Positions 48,377 through 57,717 of a stretch of DNA of 64,000 nucleotides are shown in pieces. The translations under genes and the position numbers were made by a program. Position 1 is the first letter of the stretch. Each line of letters begins with the position of its first letter. The stretch comes from an uncultured bacterium. GTDB lineage: Bacteria > Omnitrophota > Omnitrophia > Omnitrophales > Aquincolibacteriaceae. Under the pieces are notes generated by a model. The model made no database searches, was not told the DNA's origin, and was given only the letters and a program-made list of their open reading frames with translations. The DNA lies in assembly GCA_964606385.1 (NCBI GenBank), contig CAZSFZ010000010.1, forward strand, positions 512 through 64,511, given 5' to 3'.

Positions 48377-48793
48377 TCATCCCCTTTGTGTGATATAAGT
48401 CTCAACCGTCTCCGTACTTTGACGCCCCGTATATGATGACCATGTTACCGTGACCGTGCAGACCAAGGGGTTTGCTGCCGGGTTTTGGTAGGTCACCGTC
48501 ACTTGTTCGTTCGTCAAACTGTTGAATCCTGCCACAGGGCCATTATCCGGGTAGGCCGTAACGACACTGGCAGGGAATGGATCGGTATTTGAAATAGTCC
48601 TCATTTGTTCAATAACCTGGTTCGCATTCTGGATTGCGACCGTGCGCTCATTCATTTCCTCGGTATTTTTGTGTGCTTGGATATTAGCTCCCACATAGCT
48701 CAGGATCACTACCGTTAAGATCACAAGAGCGATCATGAGTTCTGCTAACGTGAAGCCTGCTTTTTTCCCTAATAGAACCGTCCTTTTTTTCAT
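48377..48793 (-). CDS. Type IV minor pilin-like protein (PilV/GspH-like)
   Basis: Prepilin motif KKAGFTLAELMIALVIL. Start at MKKRT (48793). The ORF-track 43-aa extension is rejected. Confidence 0.7.
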   Translation of the reverse strand: MKKRTVLLGKKAGFTLAELMIALVILTVVILSYVGANIQAHKNTEEMNERTVAIQNANQVIEQMRTISNTDPFPASVVTAYPDNGPVAGFNSLTNEQVTVTYQNPAANPLVCTVTVTWSSYTGRQSTETVETYITQRG

Positions 48794-49144
48794 CGCAACT
48801 CCTTCCAAAGCTTCTACTATACTACCTCCACTACAATTATAGGCTGAGGCTGTTCCTAAGGCAACATTGTTTGGATAGTATAAACAATCAATTTTTGCAT
48901 TAAGAAGTCTTTTATATAGCAATAAATATCATATTTAATGCTCCTTCGCCATCATATTATTTGGTTCCAAACTGAGCGTCACAAGGACCAGTCATAAGGG
49001 GATCGGCGTTATTTTTAAAAAAGACGATCCCTTTTCAAAATAAAAAAAAAGAGCCTGCGCTAAGAGTTCATATCGCTGGATTGTTAGGCCAGATTTTGTA
49101 TACTCATAAGGCGCTGGCGACATTTTCTGAAACGGGAACCCAAG

Positions 49145-50893
49145 ATGACAAACCCTTCTTTTCTGACCGAGATCCTGTTGGTCCTTTTGATGGCGACGGT
49201 GGTCGCGGTCATCTTCGAAAAATTCCGCCTCCCGACGATCCTTGGATTTTTGCTGACCGGGGTGATCCTCGGGCCGCAGTGTCTCGGGATCATTTCGGAT
49301 AATGAGCGTATCCGCATGCTCGCGGAGCTCGGAGTGGTACTTCTGATGCTCGCGATCGGGCTTGAATTTTCCGTCGAACGTTTGCGCGGCATGCAGAATC
49401 TCGCGGTGATCGGGGGGGCCTTGCAGATCCTGATTTCCGTGGCCGTTTCGCTGCTTTTTGCCTGGTGGCGCGGCTGGAGTTTCTACGAAGGATTTTTTCT
49501 GGGCTCCGTGATCGCTTTAAGTTCAACAGCGATCGTGCTGAAATACCTGATGGACCGGGGCGAGATCGATTCGCCTCACGGGCGTATCGCGATCGCGATC
49601 CTGATCTTCCAGGACCTCGCGGTCGTGCCGCTGATGATCTTCCTTTCGGCTTTCGGGCAGTCCATCAGCTCGGTCAGCCTCGCGCTGGGGCTTGCGCTCC
49701 TCAAAACGGTCCTTCTCCTGATCGGAACGTTCTTTTTTTCGAGGTTCCTTCTTCCCCAGCTTCTTTACCGGGTGGCCGCCCTCCGGAACCGAGAGATCTT
49801 TTTTCTTTTTTCGGTCGTGATCTGCCTGGGAATGGCCTGGGGGAGCGGCGCGCTGGGTTTTTCCATGGCCATCGGGGCGCTCTTGGCGGGGTTCATGTTC
49901 GCGAACACGGGTTTTTCCCATCAACTCATCGGCGATATCGTTCCGTTCCGCCATCTTTTTGTGAGCATTTTCTTTGTTTCGGTCGGCTTGTTGTTCGATA
50001 TCCATTTCTTTTTTCAGCACGTTCTTCTTGTGCTTTCAGTGGTCGGTCTCGTGCTTTTCGTCAATTTTGTGATCATGACGCTCCTGATCATGGCCTTCGG
50101 TTTTCCGCCCCGCGTAGCGGTGATCACCGGCATCATCCTTTCCCAGATCGGGGAATTTTCATTCCTTCTGATTGAAATGGCGCGCGGTTCCGGACACATC
50201 TCATCGAACCTTTACCAGGTGCTGCTTTCCACCGCGTTCCTGACCCTGCTCATGACGCCGCTCCTTTTTTCGCTAATCCCTTTTGTTTTAAAGATCTTGA
50301 GCCGGCATGTGATCTTCGGTGTGCCTCCCAAAAGCTGGATCAAACCCGACCGGACCTTGTCTTCCCTTACCGGGCATGTGATCCTTTGCGGCTTTGGTCC
50401 CACGGGCCAGGACTTGGCGATCGCTTTTCAGCAGGAACAGGTGCCTTTTGTGATCGTAGAGATGAACCCCGCCAAGATGCGTGAGGCCAAAAAGATGCAT
50501 ATGAAAGCCATCTATGGCGATGCGGCCAACCGGGAAGTGCTGAAAAGGGTCGGGATCAGCCGCGCGAGGGCGGTCATCGTGAGTTTTCCGGACCCGCTCG
50601 GGATCACCCAGATCATCCGCGTCGTGCAGAGCCTGAACCCGGACGTGCTTCTGGCGGTCCGGACCCGGTATCAGGGACAGATGCCCCAGCTCTATGAATT
50701 GGGGGCGGATATCGTGATCACCGAAGAATGGGAGGCGAGCCATGAACTCAACCGCCTGGTGCTCGGGCATCTGGATATTCCCGGAGAGCGGATCGAATAT
50801 CACCTGGGGCGCATTCGCGCCCGCAAAGAACTCGCGGTCGAAGAGGCGATCTTCCGGCGAACCCCTAAAACGGCTGTTTCGAACAAAAAATAG
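49145..50893 (+). CDS. CPA2-family K+/H+ antiporter (Kef-type) with C-terminal RCK/TrkA-N domain
   Basis: About 12 TM segments plus the Rossmann motif ILCGFGPTGQ. Confidence 0.85.
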   Translation: MTNPSFLTEILLVLLMATVVAVIFEKFRLPTILGFLLTGVILGPQCLGIISDNERIRMLAELGVVLLMLAIGLEFSVERLRGMQNLAVIGGALQILISVAVSLLFAWWRGWSFYEGFFLGSVIALSSTAIVLKYLMDRGEIDSPHGRIAIAILIFQDLAVVPLMIFLSAFGQSISSVSLALGLALLKTVLLLIGTFFFSRFLLPQLLYRVAALRNREIFFLFSVVICLGMAWGSGALGFSMAIGALLAGFMFANTGFSHQLIGDIVPFRHLFVSIFFVSVGLLFDIHFFFQHVLLVLSVVGLVLFVNFVIMTLLIMAFGFPPRVAVITGIILSQIGEFSFLLIEMARGSGHISSNLYQVLLSTAFLTLLMTPLLFSLIPFVLKILSRHVIFGVPPKSWIKPDRTLSSLTGHVILCGFGPTGQDLAIAFQQEQVPFVIVEMNPAKMREAKKMHMKAIYGDAANREVLKRVGISRARAVIVSFPDPLGITQIIRVVQSLNPDVLLAVRTRYQGQMPQLYELGADIVITEEWEASHELNRLVLGHLDIPGERIEYHLGRIRARKELAVEEAIFRRTPKTAVSNKK

Positions 50894-50965
50894 TGATAAA
50901 ATAAAGTCCTGCAAAAGTCGCTCTGGTTTTAACGCTTTAAGCAAAAATACATTAGGAGGTAAGCT

Positions 50966-51835
50966 ATGAAGCTCATCATGAAACTTCTGACTTTGGTCAT
51001 TGTGGTTCTGGTAGTGTTGGTGCTTGCGCGCAATGTGGTGGTGAAGGCCGTCGCGGAGAATGGCGTCAAGGCTGTGACCGGAATGCCTCTGAGTATCGGT
51101 AAACTGGACATCAGTTTCGCGAAGACGCTCCTGGATATCGAAAATCTTGTGGTTAAAAATCCGGCCGGGTTTCATGATACGAGCCTGGTGGATATCCCGA
51201 AGATCCTGGTGGATTTCGAGCTCGGCAGTTTTCTGAAAGGGAAGGGGCACATTGAGAATATTGAGTTCAATATGGACCAGTTTACGGTGGTCAAAAATGA
51301 GAAAGGCGAGCTGAATCTGGACCGTCTGAAAGCGCTCGCGGGAACTCAAAAGCCTTCCGCTCAAAAACCGCAGCAGGAACCCACGGCGCCCTCCAAACCC
51401 ATGCCGATGCAGATCGATGTGATGCGTCTTAAGATCGGCAAGGTCGTCTATGTGGATTATTCCGGGGGTCAGCCCGCGACCAAGGAATTCAAGATCAACC
51501 TGGATCAGACATTCCAGAACATTTCCGACCTTCAAAGCGTCGTACGTCTGATCGTTCTGAAGGCGATGCTGAGCTCCGGCTTATCCAACCTCGTGGATTT
51601 TGATATCGCCGGTCTTCAGAGCGCCGTGACGGATTCCTTGAACGCTTCCGCCAAAATGGCGGCTGAGGCTGCGCAGAAGGGGCTGGATACTTTGAAGAGC
51701 ACGGTGGGGGATCCGTCCGCGATCGCAGGCAAGACCGGTGAGACGCTTAAAAGCACCTCAAGTACCGTCACAAGTGGAGTGAAGAGCGCTGCCAGCAGTC
51801 TCAAAAAGTTGAACCCCTTCAGCAAGAGCGAATAA
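50966..51835 (+). CDS. Hypothetical N-terminally anchored protein (AsmA/DUF748-like N-terminus)
   Basis: Single N-terminal TM. N-terminal region resembles that of the 10708-11922 product. Confidence 0.5.
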   Translation: MKLIMKLLTLVIVVLVVLVLARNVVVKAVAENGVKAVTGMPLSIGKLDISFAKTLLDIENLVVKNPAGFHDTSLVDIPKILVDFELGSFLKGKGHIENIEFNMDQFTVVKNEKGELNLDRLKALAGTQKPSAQKPQQEPTAPSKPMPMQIDVMRLKIGKVVYVDYSGGQPATKEFKINLDQTFQNISDLQSVVRLIVLKAMLSSGLSNLVDFDIAGLQSAVTDSLNASAKMAAEAAQKGLDTLKSTVGDPSAIAGKTGETLKSTSSTVTSGVKSAASSLKKLNPFSKSE

Positions 51836-51862
51836 AAGGGTCCTCGAACGGATGCGAGAACT

Positions 51863-53092
51863 TTGATGGCGACCCGCGAAGAGGAACTCAAGGCGCTTCT
51901 CCATATTTCGGAGAAGATCAACGCGGGGAAAGTCATCGACGAGGTTCTCGAATACGCCTACGATTCCCTGCATTCGGTCATTCCTTACCACCGCATCGGT
52001 TTTTCGTTGTTGGAAGAAGAAGATTCGGTGCTTCGGGCCTACTGGACGCATTCCGAGGCTCCTGAGGTCAAACTTCCCAAGGGTTACTCCGCGGTCATGC
52101 GCGGGAGCAGCCTTGAGAAAGTCCTTCAGACCGGCGAGCCGCGCATTCTGAACGATCTGGAAGCCTACCTGAGAGAACATCCCCGCTCCGATTCCACACG
52201 CAAGATCGTGGAGGAGGGGATGCGGTCCAGTCTGACCTGCCCTTTGATCGCTTTAGGCAAGCCGATCGGGTTCATTTTTTTCTCCAGCATGGAAAAAGAC
52301 ACATACCGGGACGCTCATGTGGAGCTTTTTCAGGAGATCGCGGCCCAATTAGCCCTGACGCTCGAGAAAAGCCGGCTTTACGAAGAAAAGATCCGTTTGA
52401 ATGATCTCAAAAACAGATTTCTTGGGATCGCAGCGCATGACTTGCGCAGTCCGATCGCGGTCATTAAAGGCTATGCGGATATTTTTTCGGAAGGATTGTT
52501 AGGGGATCTAACTCCGGAACAGCAGGGCCCGATTCGTTCTATTTCCCAGCACTGCGATAAAATGCTGGCCCTGATCCGGGATCTTTTAAGTGTCAGTGTG
52601 ATCGAGTCGGGACATCTGGCCCTGGACCCTCGGGAAACGGATCTTGTGGCCTATTTGAAAAAAAATGCCATAGATAACAAGCTGCTCGCCAAAGCTAAAT
52701 CGGTTGAATTTGTTCTGGAGGTCTCCGAAACCCTTCCAACGGTCATGATGGACGGTGACCGCATCGATCAGGTTATCAATAATCTCGTGACGAATGCGAT
52801 CAAATTCTCACCGCCCAAAGGCCGGGTCGTTCTTCGAGCCTCGCTCCAAAAAGATCGCGTCGCCATCTCCGTGACCGATCAGGGGCCGGGGATCCCCGCC
52901 GCCGAGATCTCGAAATTGTTCCGGTATTTCGGCAGGACCAATGTGCTTCCGGCGCAGGGCGAAAAAAGCACCGGATTGGGGCTCGCGATCGCCAAGCGCA
53001 TGGTAGAAGCCCACGGCGGGACGATCGGGGTCGAGAGCCAGCCCGGCAAGGGCTCGACCTTTACCTTTACCCTTCCTTTGAAGCCTTCCTGA
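51863..53092 (+). CDS. GAF-domain sensor histidine kinase
   Basis: N-terminal GAF-like domain. HisKA H-box [10 protein letters not shown]. HATPase_c N, G1 and G2 motifs ([22 protein letters not shown]). Confidence 0.85.
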   Translation: MMATREEELKALLHISEKINAGKVIDEVLEYAYDSLHSVIPYHRIGFSLLEEEDSVLRAYWTHSEAPEVKLPKGYSAVMRGSSLEKVLQTGEPRILNDLEAYLREHPRSDSTRKIVEEGMRSSLTCPLIALGKPIGFIFFSSMEKDTYRDAHVELFQEIAAQLALTLEKSRLYEEKIRLNDLKNRFLGIAAHDLRSPIAVIKGYADIFSEGLLGDLTPEQQGPIRSISQHCDKMLALIRDLLSVSVIESGHLALDPRETDLVAYLKKNAIDNKLLAKAKSVEFVLEVSETLPTVMMDGDRIDQVINNLVTNAIKFSPPKGRVVLRASLQKDRVAISVTDQGPGIPAAEISKLFRYFGRTNVLPAQGEKSTGLGLAIAKRMVEAHGGTIGVESQPGKGSTFTFTLPLKPS

Positions 53093-53099
53093 ACGATCG

Positions 53100-53690
53100 A
53101 TGAGATCCCTGAGCCTTGAGATCAAGGCGCGTTGCTCCGATCCCGCGCGTGTCCGCCGTATCCTGAGATCAAAAAAAGCCCGTTTTGGGGGGCTCGACCA
53201 TCAGATCGACACGTATTTTCGTATCCCTTCGGGCCGGCTGAAACTCCGGGAAGGACGTATCGAAAATGCGCTGATCTATTACAGGCGCGTCGATCAAAAA
53301 AAATCCAAAGAATGTCACTCCACGCTTTTCCCTTTTGATAAAAAAAGTCCGCTGAAGCGGATCCTGGCCGTTGCCTTCGGCGTACTTGCCGTGGTCGATA
53401 AGAAACGCGAGATCTATTTCATCAAGAACGCGAAATTCCATATCGATCGGGTCAAGAAGCTTGGAAATTTCGTAGAGATCGAAGTGTTCGGTCCGAAGTG
53501 CGCGGCCGCAAGGCTCGAAAGACAATGTGAGCGCTTTCGGGATCTGCTGGGGATACGCGCGAAGGACCTTGTGGCGGATTCCTATAGCGACCAGATCCTG
53601 AGATCCGGGAAACGGATAACGGGAAATGTTGAACGAAAATCGTTACCCGTTCATCGTTCCCCGAGAAATACGATCAGGCGAAGTCACTGA
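53100..53690 (+). CDS. CYTH-domain protein (class IV adenylate cyclase / triphosphatase family)
   Basis: LEIKARC...RLKLREG...EIEVE-like CYTH motifs. Confidence 0.65.
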   Translation: MRSLSLEIKARCSDPARVRRILRSKKARFGGLDHQIDTYFRIPSGRLKLREGRIENALIYYRRVDQKKSKECHSTLFPFDKKSPLKRILAVAFGVLAVVDKKREIYFIKNAKFHIDRVKKLGNFVEIEVFGPKCAAARLERQCERFRDLLGIRAKDLVADSYSDQILRSGKRITGNVERKSLPVHRSPRNTIRRSH

Positions 53691-54750
53691 GCCGGACCGG
53701 AAGTCGTTTAGAGCCCCAGGCGCCTGGCGTGGACTCAAAAACCCCCGGGCAGAAGGCGCCGCAGAACTTGCATTTCCCATCCTTCAAATTCCAACCGCTC
53801 AATTCATACCAGTTCCGTCCGATCAGTTTTTCCCCGCAGGCGTGGCAGAAAGTCGACTCGCCTTCCGGGTCCTCGATATTTCCCGTGTAGCAGTAACGGA
53901 TTCCGCTCGCTATCGCGATCTCCCGCGCCTTGAATAACGTGGAAGGGGGAGTGGAGGGGACATCCTGCAACTTGTGGGCCGGATGAAAGGCTGAAAAATG
54001 GAGCGGAACCTCGGCCCCGAGGTTTTTCACGATCCACGAAGTCAGGGCGTGAAGCTCTTTGTCGGAATCATTCAAGCCCGGGACGAGGAGCGTGGTGATC
54101 TCAAGCCATACGGATGTTTCTTTTTTGATATAGAGGAGCGTCTCGAGGACGGGCGCGAGCGAGCTGTCCGTATATTTTTTATAGAAATCTTCCGTGAATC
54201 CTTTCAGGTCCACGTTCGCGGCATCCATCCACGCGTAGAATTCCTTACGGGGTTCGGCACAGACATAGCCGGCCGTCACGGCGACCGTCTTGATGCCGAG
54301 TTTGCGGCATGCCTTCGCCGTGTCCACGGCATACTCATGGAAAATAGCGGGTTCGTTATAGGTAAAAGCCACACTACGGCAATCGAGCGACTTCGCGGTT
54401 TTCGCGATGAGTTCCGGCGAGGCGATATCCGCAAGGGTGTCCATTTCCCGCGAGTGACTGATATCGGCATTCTGGCAGAACTTGCAGCCCAGGTTGCAGC
54501 CGGCCGTACCAAAAGAAAAGACGGGCGTTCCGGGAAGAAAATGAAACAACGGCTTCTTTTCGATAGGGTCCACACAGAAGCCGCTCGAACGCCCATAGGT
54601 CGTCAGGACGATCTCGCCGTTTTGACAGGCCCGGACAAAACAATAACCGCGCTGGCCCTCCGCGAGTTTACAGTGCCGCGGGCAAAGGTCGCACTGGATG
54701 CGTCCTTCCGCAACCTTATGCCAGTATTTCGTCGGTACGACTGTGTCCAT
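53674..54750 (-). CDS. AmmeMemoRadiSam-system radical SAM enzyme (PFL-activase-like)
   Basis: CNLGCKFCQN radical SAM motif. Extra Cys clusters at both ends (CDLCPRHC; CHACGEK...CKFCG). Memo and AMMECR1 genes are present at 60.6-62.0 kb. Confidence 0.8.
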   Translation of the reverse strand: MDTVVPTKYWHKVAEGRIQCDLCPRHCKLAEGQRGYCFVRACQNGEIVLTTYGRSSGFCVDPIEKKPLFHFLPGTPVFSFGTAGCNLGCKFCQNADISHSREMDTLADIASPELIAKTAKSLDCRSVAFTYNEPAIFHEYAVDTAKACRKLGIKTVAVTAGYVCAEPRKEFYAWMDAANVDLKGFTEDFYKKYTDSSLAPVLETLLYIKKETSVWLEITTLLVPGLNDSDKELHALTSWIVKNLGAEVPLHFSAFHPAHKLQDVPSTPPSTLFKAREIAIASGIRYCYTGNIEDPEGESTFCHACGEKLIGRNWYELSGWNLKDGKCKFCGAFCPGVFESTPGAWGSKRLPVRLSDFA

Positions 54751-54897
54751 GATGGCTCTATTCTGCACCAGTTTTTAATGGTTTGCACACGGGAAATCGA
54801 TAGAATGGGGACCGGGTGATTTGAGGTTTTAATCTGGAAAGCCGATACTTCTCTCATTAAAACCCTGAGGATTTGTTTCGTAAAAAAGAGACCCTGA

Positions 54898-55671
54898 ATG
54901 AGTTCTTCCAGCGAAAACGAATCAAAGCTTTTTTTCTACCTTTGCCTGGGCGCCGTCATGGGCACCCTGGGCTTCTTCCGCGGGTTTCAGCTTCGTAAAA
55001 AAAAGAAAATGATCGAAGATATCCCCACTTCCACGGTCCGCGGCATGGCGGTGGGCCTGACCGAGGTGAAGGGGAAAGCCCGTGAATTTCAGAAGCCGCT
55101 GGTCAGCGCTTTTGCCAAGGCTCCCTGTGTTTTCTTTCATTACAAGGTCGAAGAATACCGGAGCTCGGGAAAGAGCGGTTCCTGGGTGACGATCGCCGAA
55201 TACACCAGCCCTGAATTTTTCTATCTCGAGGATGAGACCGGGAAAGTGCTTGTGAGTCCCGCCGGCGCGGAATTCCACGCGCATCCCGACCGCCGTTACG
55301 GCAGCGGATTCAACGCGCAGGATAAAGCGGCTTTTTTCGATCAATTGGCCGTGATGAATATCAACGCGAAAGGCATTTTCGGCATGGATAAACAGATCCG
55401 TTGTTTCGAAACTTATATTGAATCCGGAGATGAGCTCTATATCATCGGCACGGCCCAGCCCAATCCCATTTCGGGCGGCTCCGCCGTCGGTTCAGAAAAT
55501 CTTTGTATCGCAGCGCAGTCCGGGAATATGTTCCTGATCTCGGATGAGGATGAAAAACATGTCTTGAGCGAATTCAGCGGCAAGATGTATCTTTACCTGT
55601 ACGGCGGCCCCGCGCTGACCGTGCTTTGTCTTTTTATCCTGATCGGGCATTACTTCAAACGGATGTTTTAA
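54898..55671 (+). CDS. Two-TM membrane protein, GIDE-like, paralog 1
   Basis: N-terminal TM, IEDIPTSTVRGMAVGLTEVKGKA motif, central FFYLEDETGKVLV, C-terminal TM. Confidence 0.55.
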   Translation: MSSSSENESKLFFYLCLGAVMGTLGFFRGFQLRKKKKMIEDIPTSTVRGMAVGLTEVKGKAREFQKPLVSAFAKAPCVFFHYKVEEYRSSGKSGSWVTIAEYTSPEFFYLEDETGKVLVSPAGAEFHAHPDRRYGSGFNAQDKAAFFDQLAVMNINAKGIFGMDKQIRCFETYIESGDELYIIGTAQPNPISGGSAVGSENLCIAAQSGNMFLISDEDEKHVLSEFSGKMYLYLYGGPALTVLCLFILIGHYFKRMF

Positions 55672-55704
55672 CTCTATTATTCGAACAAATAAAAAGACTC
55701 TCTC

Positions 55705-56571
55705 ATGAATGAGCATGGCATCTTAACTAAGTTCGACATCAATGTATTAGCCATATTTTTGGGGATTGTGCCAGGGCTGATATTATTTTTAAAGGGGTAT
55801 GCGATCCGGAGAGATAGGAAGCTGATCGAAAATATCCCAACCTCCACGATTCGCGCAATCGCGATAGGACTTGTCGAAGTCAAAGGGAGAGCGCAACCTC
55901 TTCAGGAGGTTTACGAGTCACCTTTTACCGGAAAAAAATGTATTTATTTAGAGTATGAAATTTGGGAAGAATTAAGGGCGCCCAAGGGTTTGGAAAGAAC
56001 GCTTGCTCAATTCACGTCGACAGCGAACCAGTTTTTTCTGGAAGATGAAACCGGAAAGGTCTTGGTGGACTCCAGCCAGGGCGAGTTTCAATTGCAAAAA
56101 AAAGAATATAACGCTCAAGACAATGAGCTCGCTTGTGCCTTGGAGCGGCTTAAGCTCTCAAGAAAAAACCCGAGATGGGAGGGAAGACCCCTTTATGGTA
56201 CCGAGGCGTCCATTGGCCTTGGTGACGAACTTTATGTGATGGGTTATGCGGATAAGAGCTCGCACGCCCTTGATTCCGTGGAAGACCCTAGCGATATTTT
56301 GATTCATAAAAAGGGGGACTCTGTGTTCTGTATTTCAGACCAAGAAGAAATGCAAGTGACTGAGCAGCTCGGGAGGAGGGCGAGTCTTTTTTTTGCGATA
56401 GGGTTCTTGTGGGCAGTTATTTTTTCCATGACGATCTTAGTGGTATGGGGTACGTGTGCACCGCCAGTTTTTAATCCACCGCAAGGATTATTTAAGCCGG
56501 AAGATCAACATAACCATTCTTCAGTTGTAAAAAGAAAGCTCGGATTCATGATAGATGATAATAAGATATAA
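55705..56571 (+). CDS. Two-TM membrane protein, GIDE-like, paralog 2
   Basis: Same architecture and motifs (IENIPTSTIRAIAIGLVEVKGRA; FFLEDETGKVLV). Distinctly lower GC than paralog 1. Confidence 0.55.
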   Translation: MNEHGILTKFDINVLAIFLGIVPGLILFLKGYAIRRDRKLIENIPTSTIRAIAIGLVEVKGRAQPLQEVYESPFTGKKCIYLEYEIWEELRAPKGLERTLAQFTSTANQFFLEDETGKVLVDSSQGEFQLQKKEYNAQDNELACALERLKLSRKNPRWEGRPLYGTEASIGLGDELYVMGYADKSSHALDSVEDPSDILIHKKGDSVFCISDQEEMQVTEQLGRRASLFFAIGFLWAVIFSMTILVVWGTCAPPVFNPPQGLFKPEDQHNHSSVVKRKLGFMIDDNKI

Positions 56572-56600
56572 AAATACGTATTAACAACAAGGAGGATGCT

Positions 56601-57158
56601 ATGGAATTAGTGGTGCTAGTGGCAATCGTGTTTGTGGTGCTGGGGGTGATCGGGTATTTCGTGGGGATCTACAATGGCCTGATCCAGGTGCGGAATAATA
56701 TCGACAAGGCTTGGGCGAATATCGATGTGCTTCTGAAGCAGAGACATGACGAATTGCCGAAGCTGATCGAGACCTGCAAAGGCTACATGAAATACGAGCA
56801 ATCCCTGCTTGAGAAGATCACCCAGGCGCGGACGGCTTTTATGAACGCGGCCTCGATCGAGGATAAGACAAAAGCCGAGAACCAGCTTGCGGCAGGGCTC
56901 AAAACGCTCTTCGCGGTCTCTGAGAATTATCCGGACCTCAAGGCGAACCAGAATTTTCTGCAGCTGCAGAACCGCATCTCCGGGCTTGAGAACGAGATCG
57001 CGGACCGCCGGGAATTCTTCAATGAAAGCGTGAACGTCTACAACATCCGGATCCAGCAGTTCCCGGATGTCATTTTGGCGAACAACCTCGGCTACACGCG
57101 CCGTTCGATGCTTGAGATCCCGAAAGAAGAAACGCAGGACGTTAAGGTCCAGTTTTAA
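56601..57158 (+). CDS. lemA: LemA-family protein
   Basis: N-terminal TM and a conserved LemA body (NIDKAWANIDVLLKQRHDELPKLIE...ENYPDLKANQNFLQLQ). Confidence 0.85.
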   Translation: MELVVLVAIVFVVLGVIGYFVGIYNGLIQVRNNIDKAWANIDVLLKQRHDELPKLIETCKGYMKYEQSLLEKITQARTAFMNAASIEDKTKAENQLAAGLKTLFAVSENYPDLKANQNFLQLQNRISGLENEIADRREFFNESVNVYNIRIQQFPDVILANNLGYTRRSMLEIPKEETQDVKVQF

Positions 57159-57184
57159 ATCTTGAGAACAAAAAGGAGATTCAC

Positions 57185-57667
57185 ATGAGAAAATTATCCG
57201 GAATGGTTTTGGCGGCCGTTTTCTTTTTCGCTGTGGCGAGTTCTTTGAACCTTTACGCGGAAGACACGGCTTCTACCGCTTCCACGGCAGATACGGCGGC
57301 CGTTACGAGTGATGCCGCTTCAGCAACCCCCGCGGCGCCTTCGGACGATTGGAAGCGTCAGATCGAAGAAAGCAAGGCGGCGGTCAAGACCCAGAAAGAC
57401 ACCATGAAAACGAACGCTCAGGCCGCCAAATCCGAAGAAAAAGCCCTCAAGGCTCAGATCAAGGAAGCCAGGCTTGCCGGGGATACGGAAAAGGCCAAGG
57501 CGTTAAAGGCGCAGCTCAAGGCGACGCATAAAGAGAATGTCGAGCAGCTGAAGGCGGATAAAAAAGCGATGCAGGAGGCGCATAAGGGTGTTCAAGACAC
57601 CAAGAAACAACTGCATCAGGAGCGGAAAGCGGTTCACTCCGCAAAGCGGTCCCAAAAAGGCCGGTAA
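57185..57667 (+). CDS. Secreted Lys/Ala-rich coiled-coil protein
   Basis: Signal peptide followed by a low-complexity coiled-coil region. Confidence 0.5.
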   Translation: MRKLSGMVLAAVFFFAVASSLNLYAEDTASTASTADTAAVTSDAASATPAAPSDDWKRQIEESKAAVKTQKDTMKTNAQAAKSEEKALKAQIKEARLAGDTEKAKALKAQLKATHKENVEQLKADKKAMQEAHKGVQDTKKQLHQERKAVHSAKRSQKGR

Positions 57668-57681
57668 GAGATTTATCCAAT

Positions 57682-57714
57682 AAAGGCGGGTCCGTTCGCG
57701 GCCCGCCTTTATTG
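57682..57714. terminator. Bidirectional rho-independent terminator between convergent genes
   Basis: AAAGGCGGG-loop-CCCGCCTTT 9-bp GC-rich stem with a T/A-run on both sides. Confidence 0.75.
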
Positions 57715-57717
57715 TGT

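Noticed and set aside
48794-49144. Sigma-54 promoter upstream of the pilin operon
   Set aside because: I looked for GG-N10-GC (TGGCAC-N5-TTGC) on the minus strand in this AT-rich 350-bp region. The nearest candidate (GCAACATTGTTTGG region) does not fit the spacing or consensus.
50288-51535. 415-aa minus ORF spanning the kef 3' end and the next gene
   Set aside because: It crosses an intergenic gap and two well-formed plus-strand genes. No domain.
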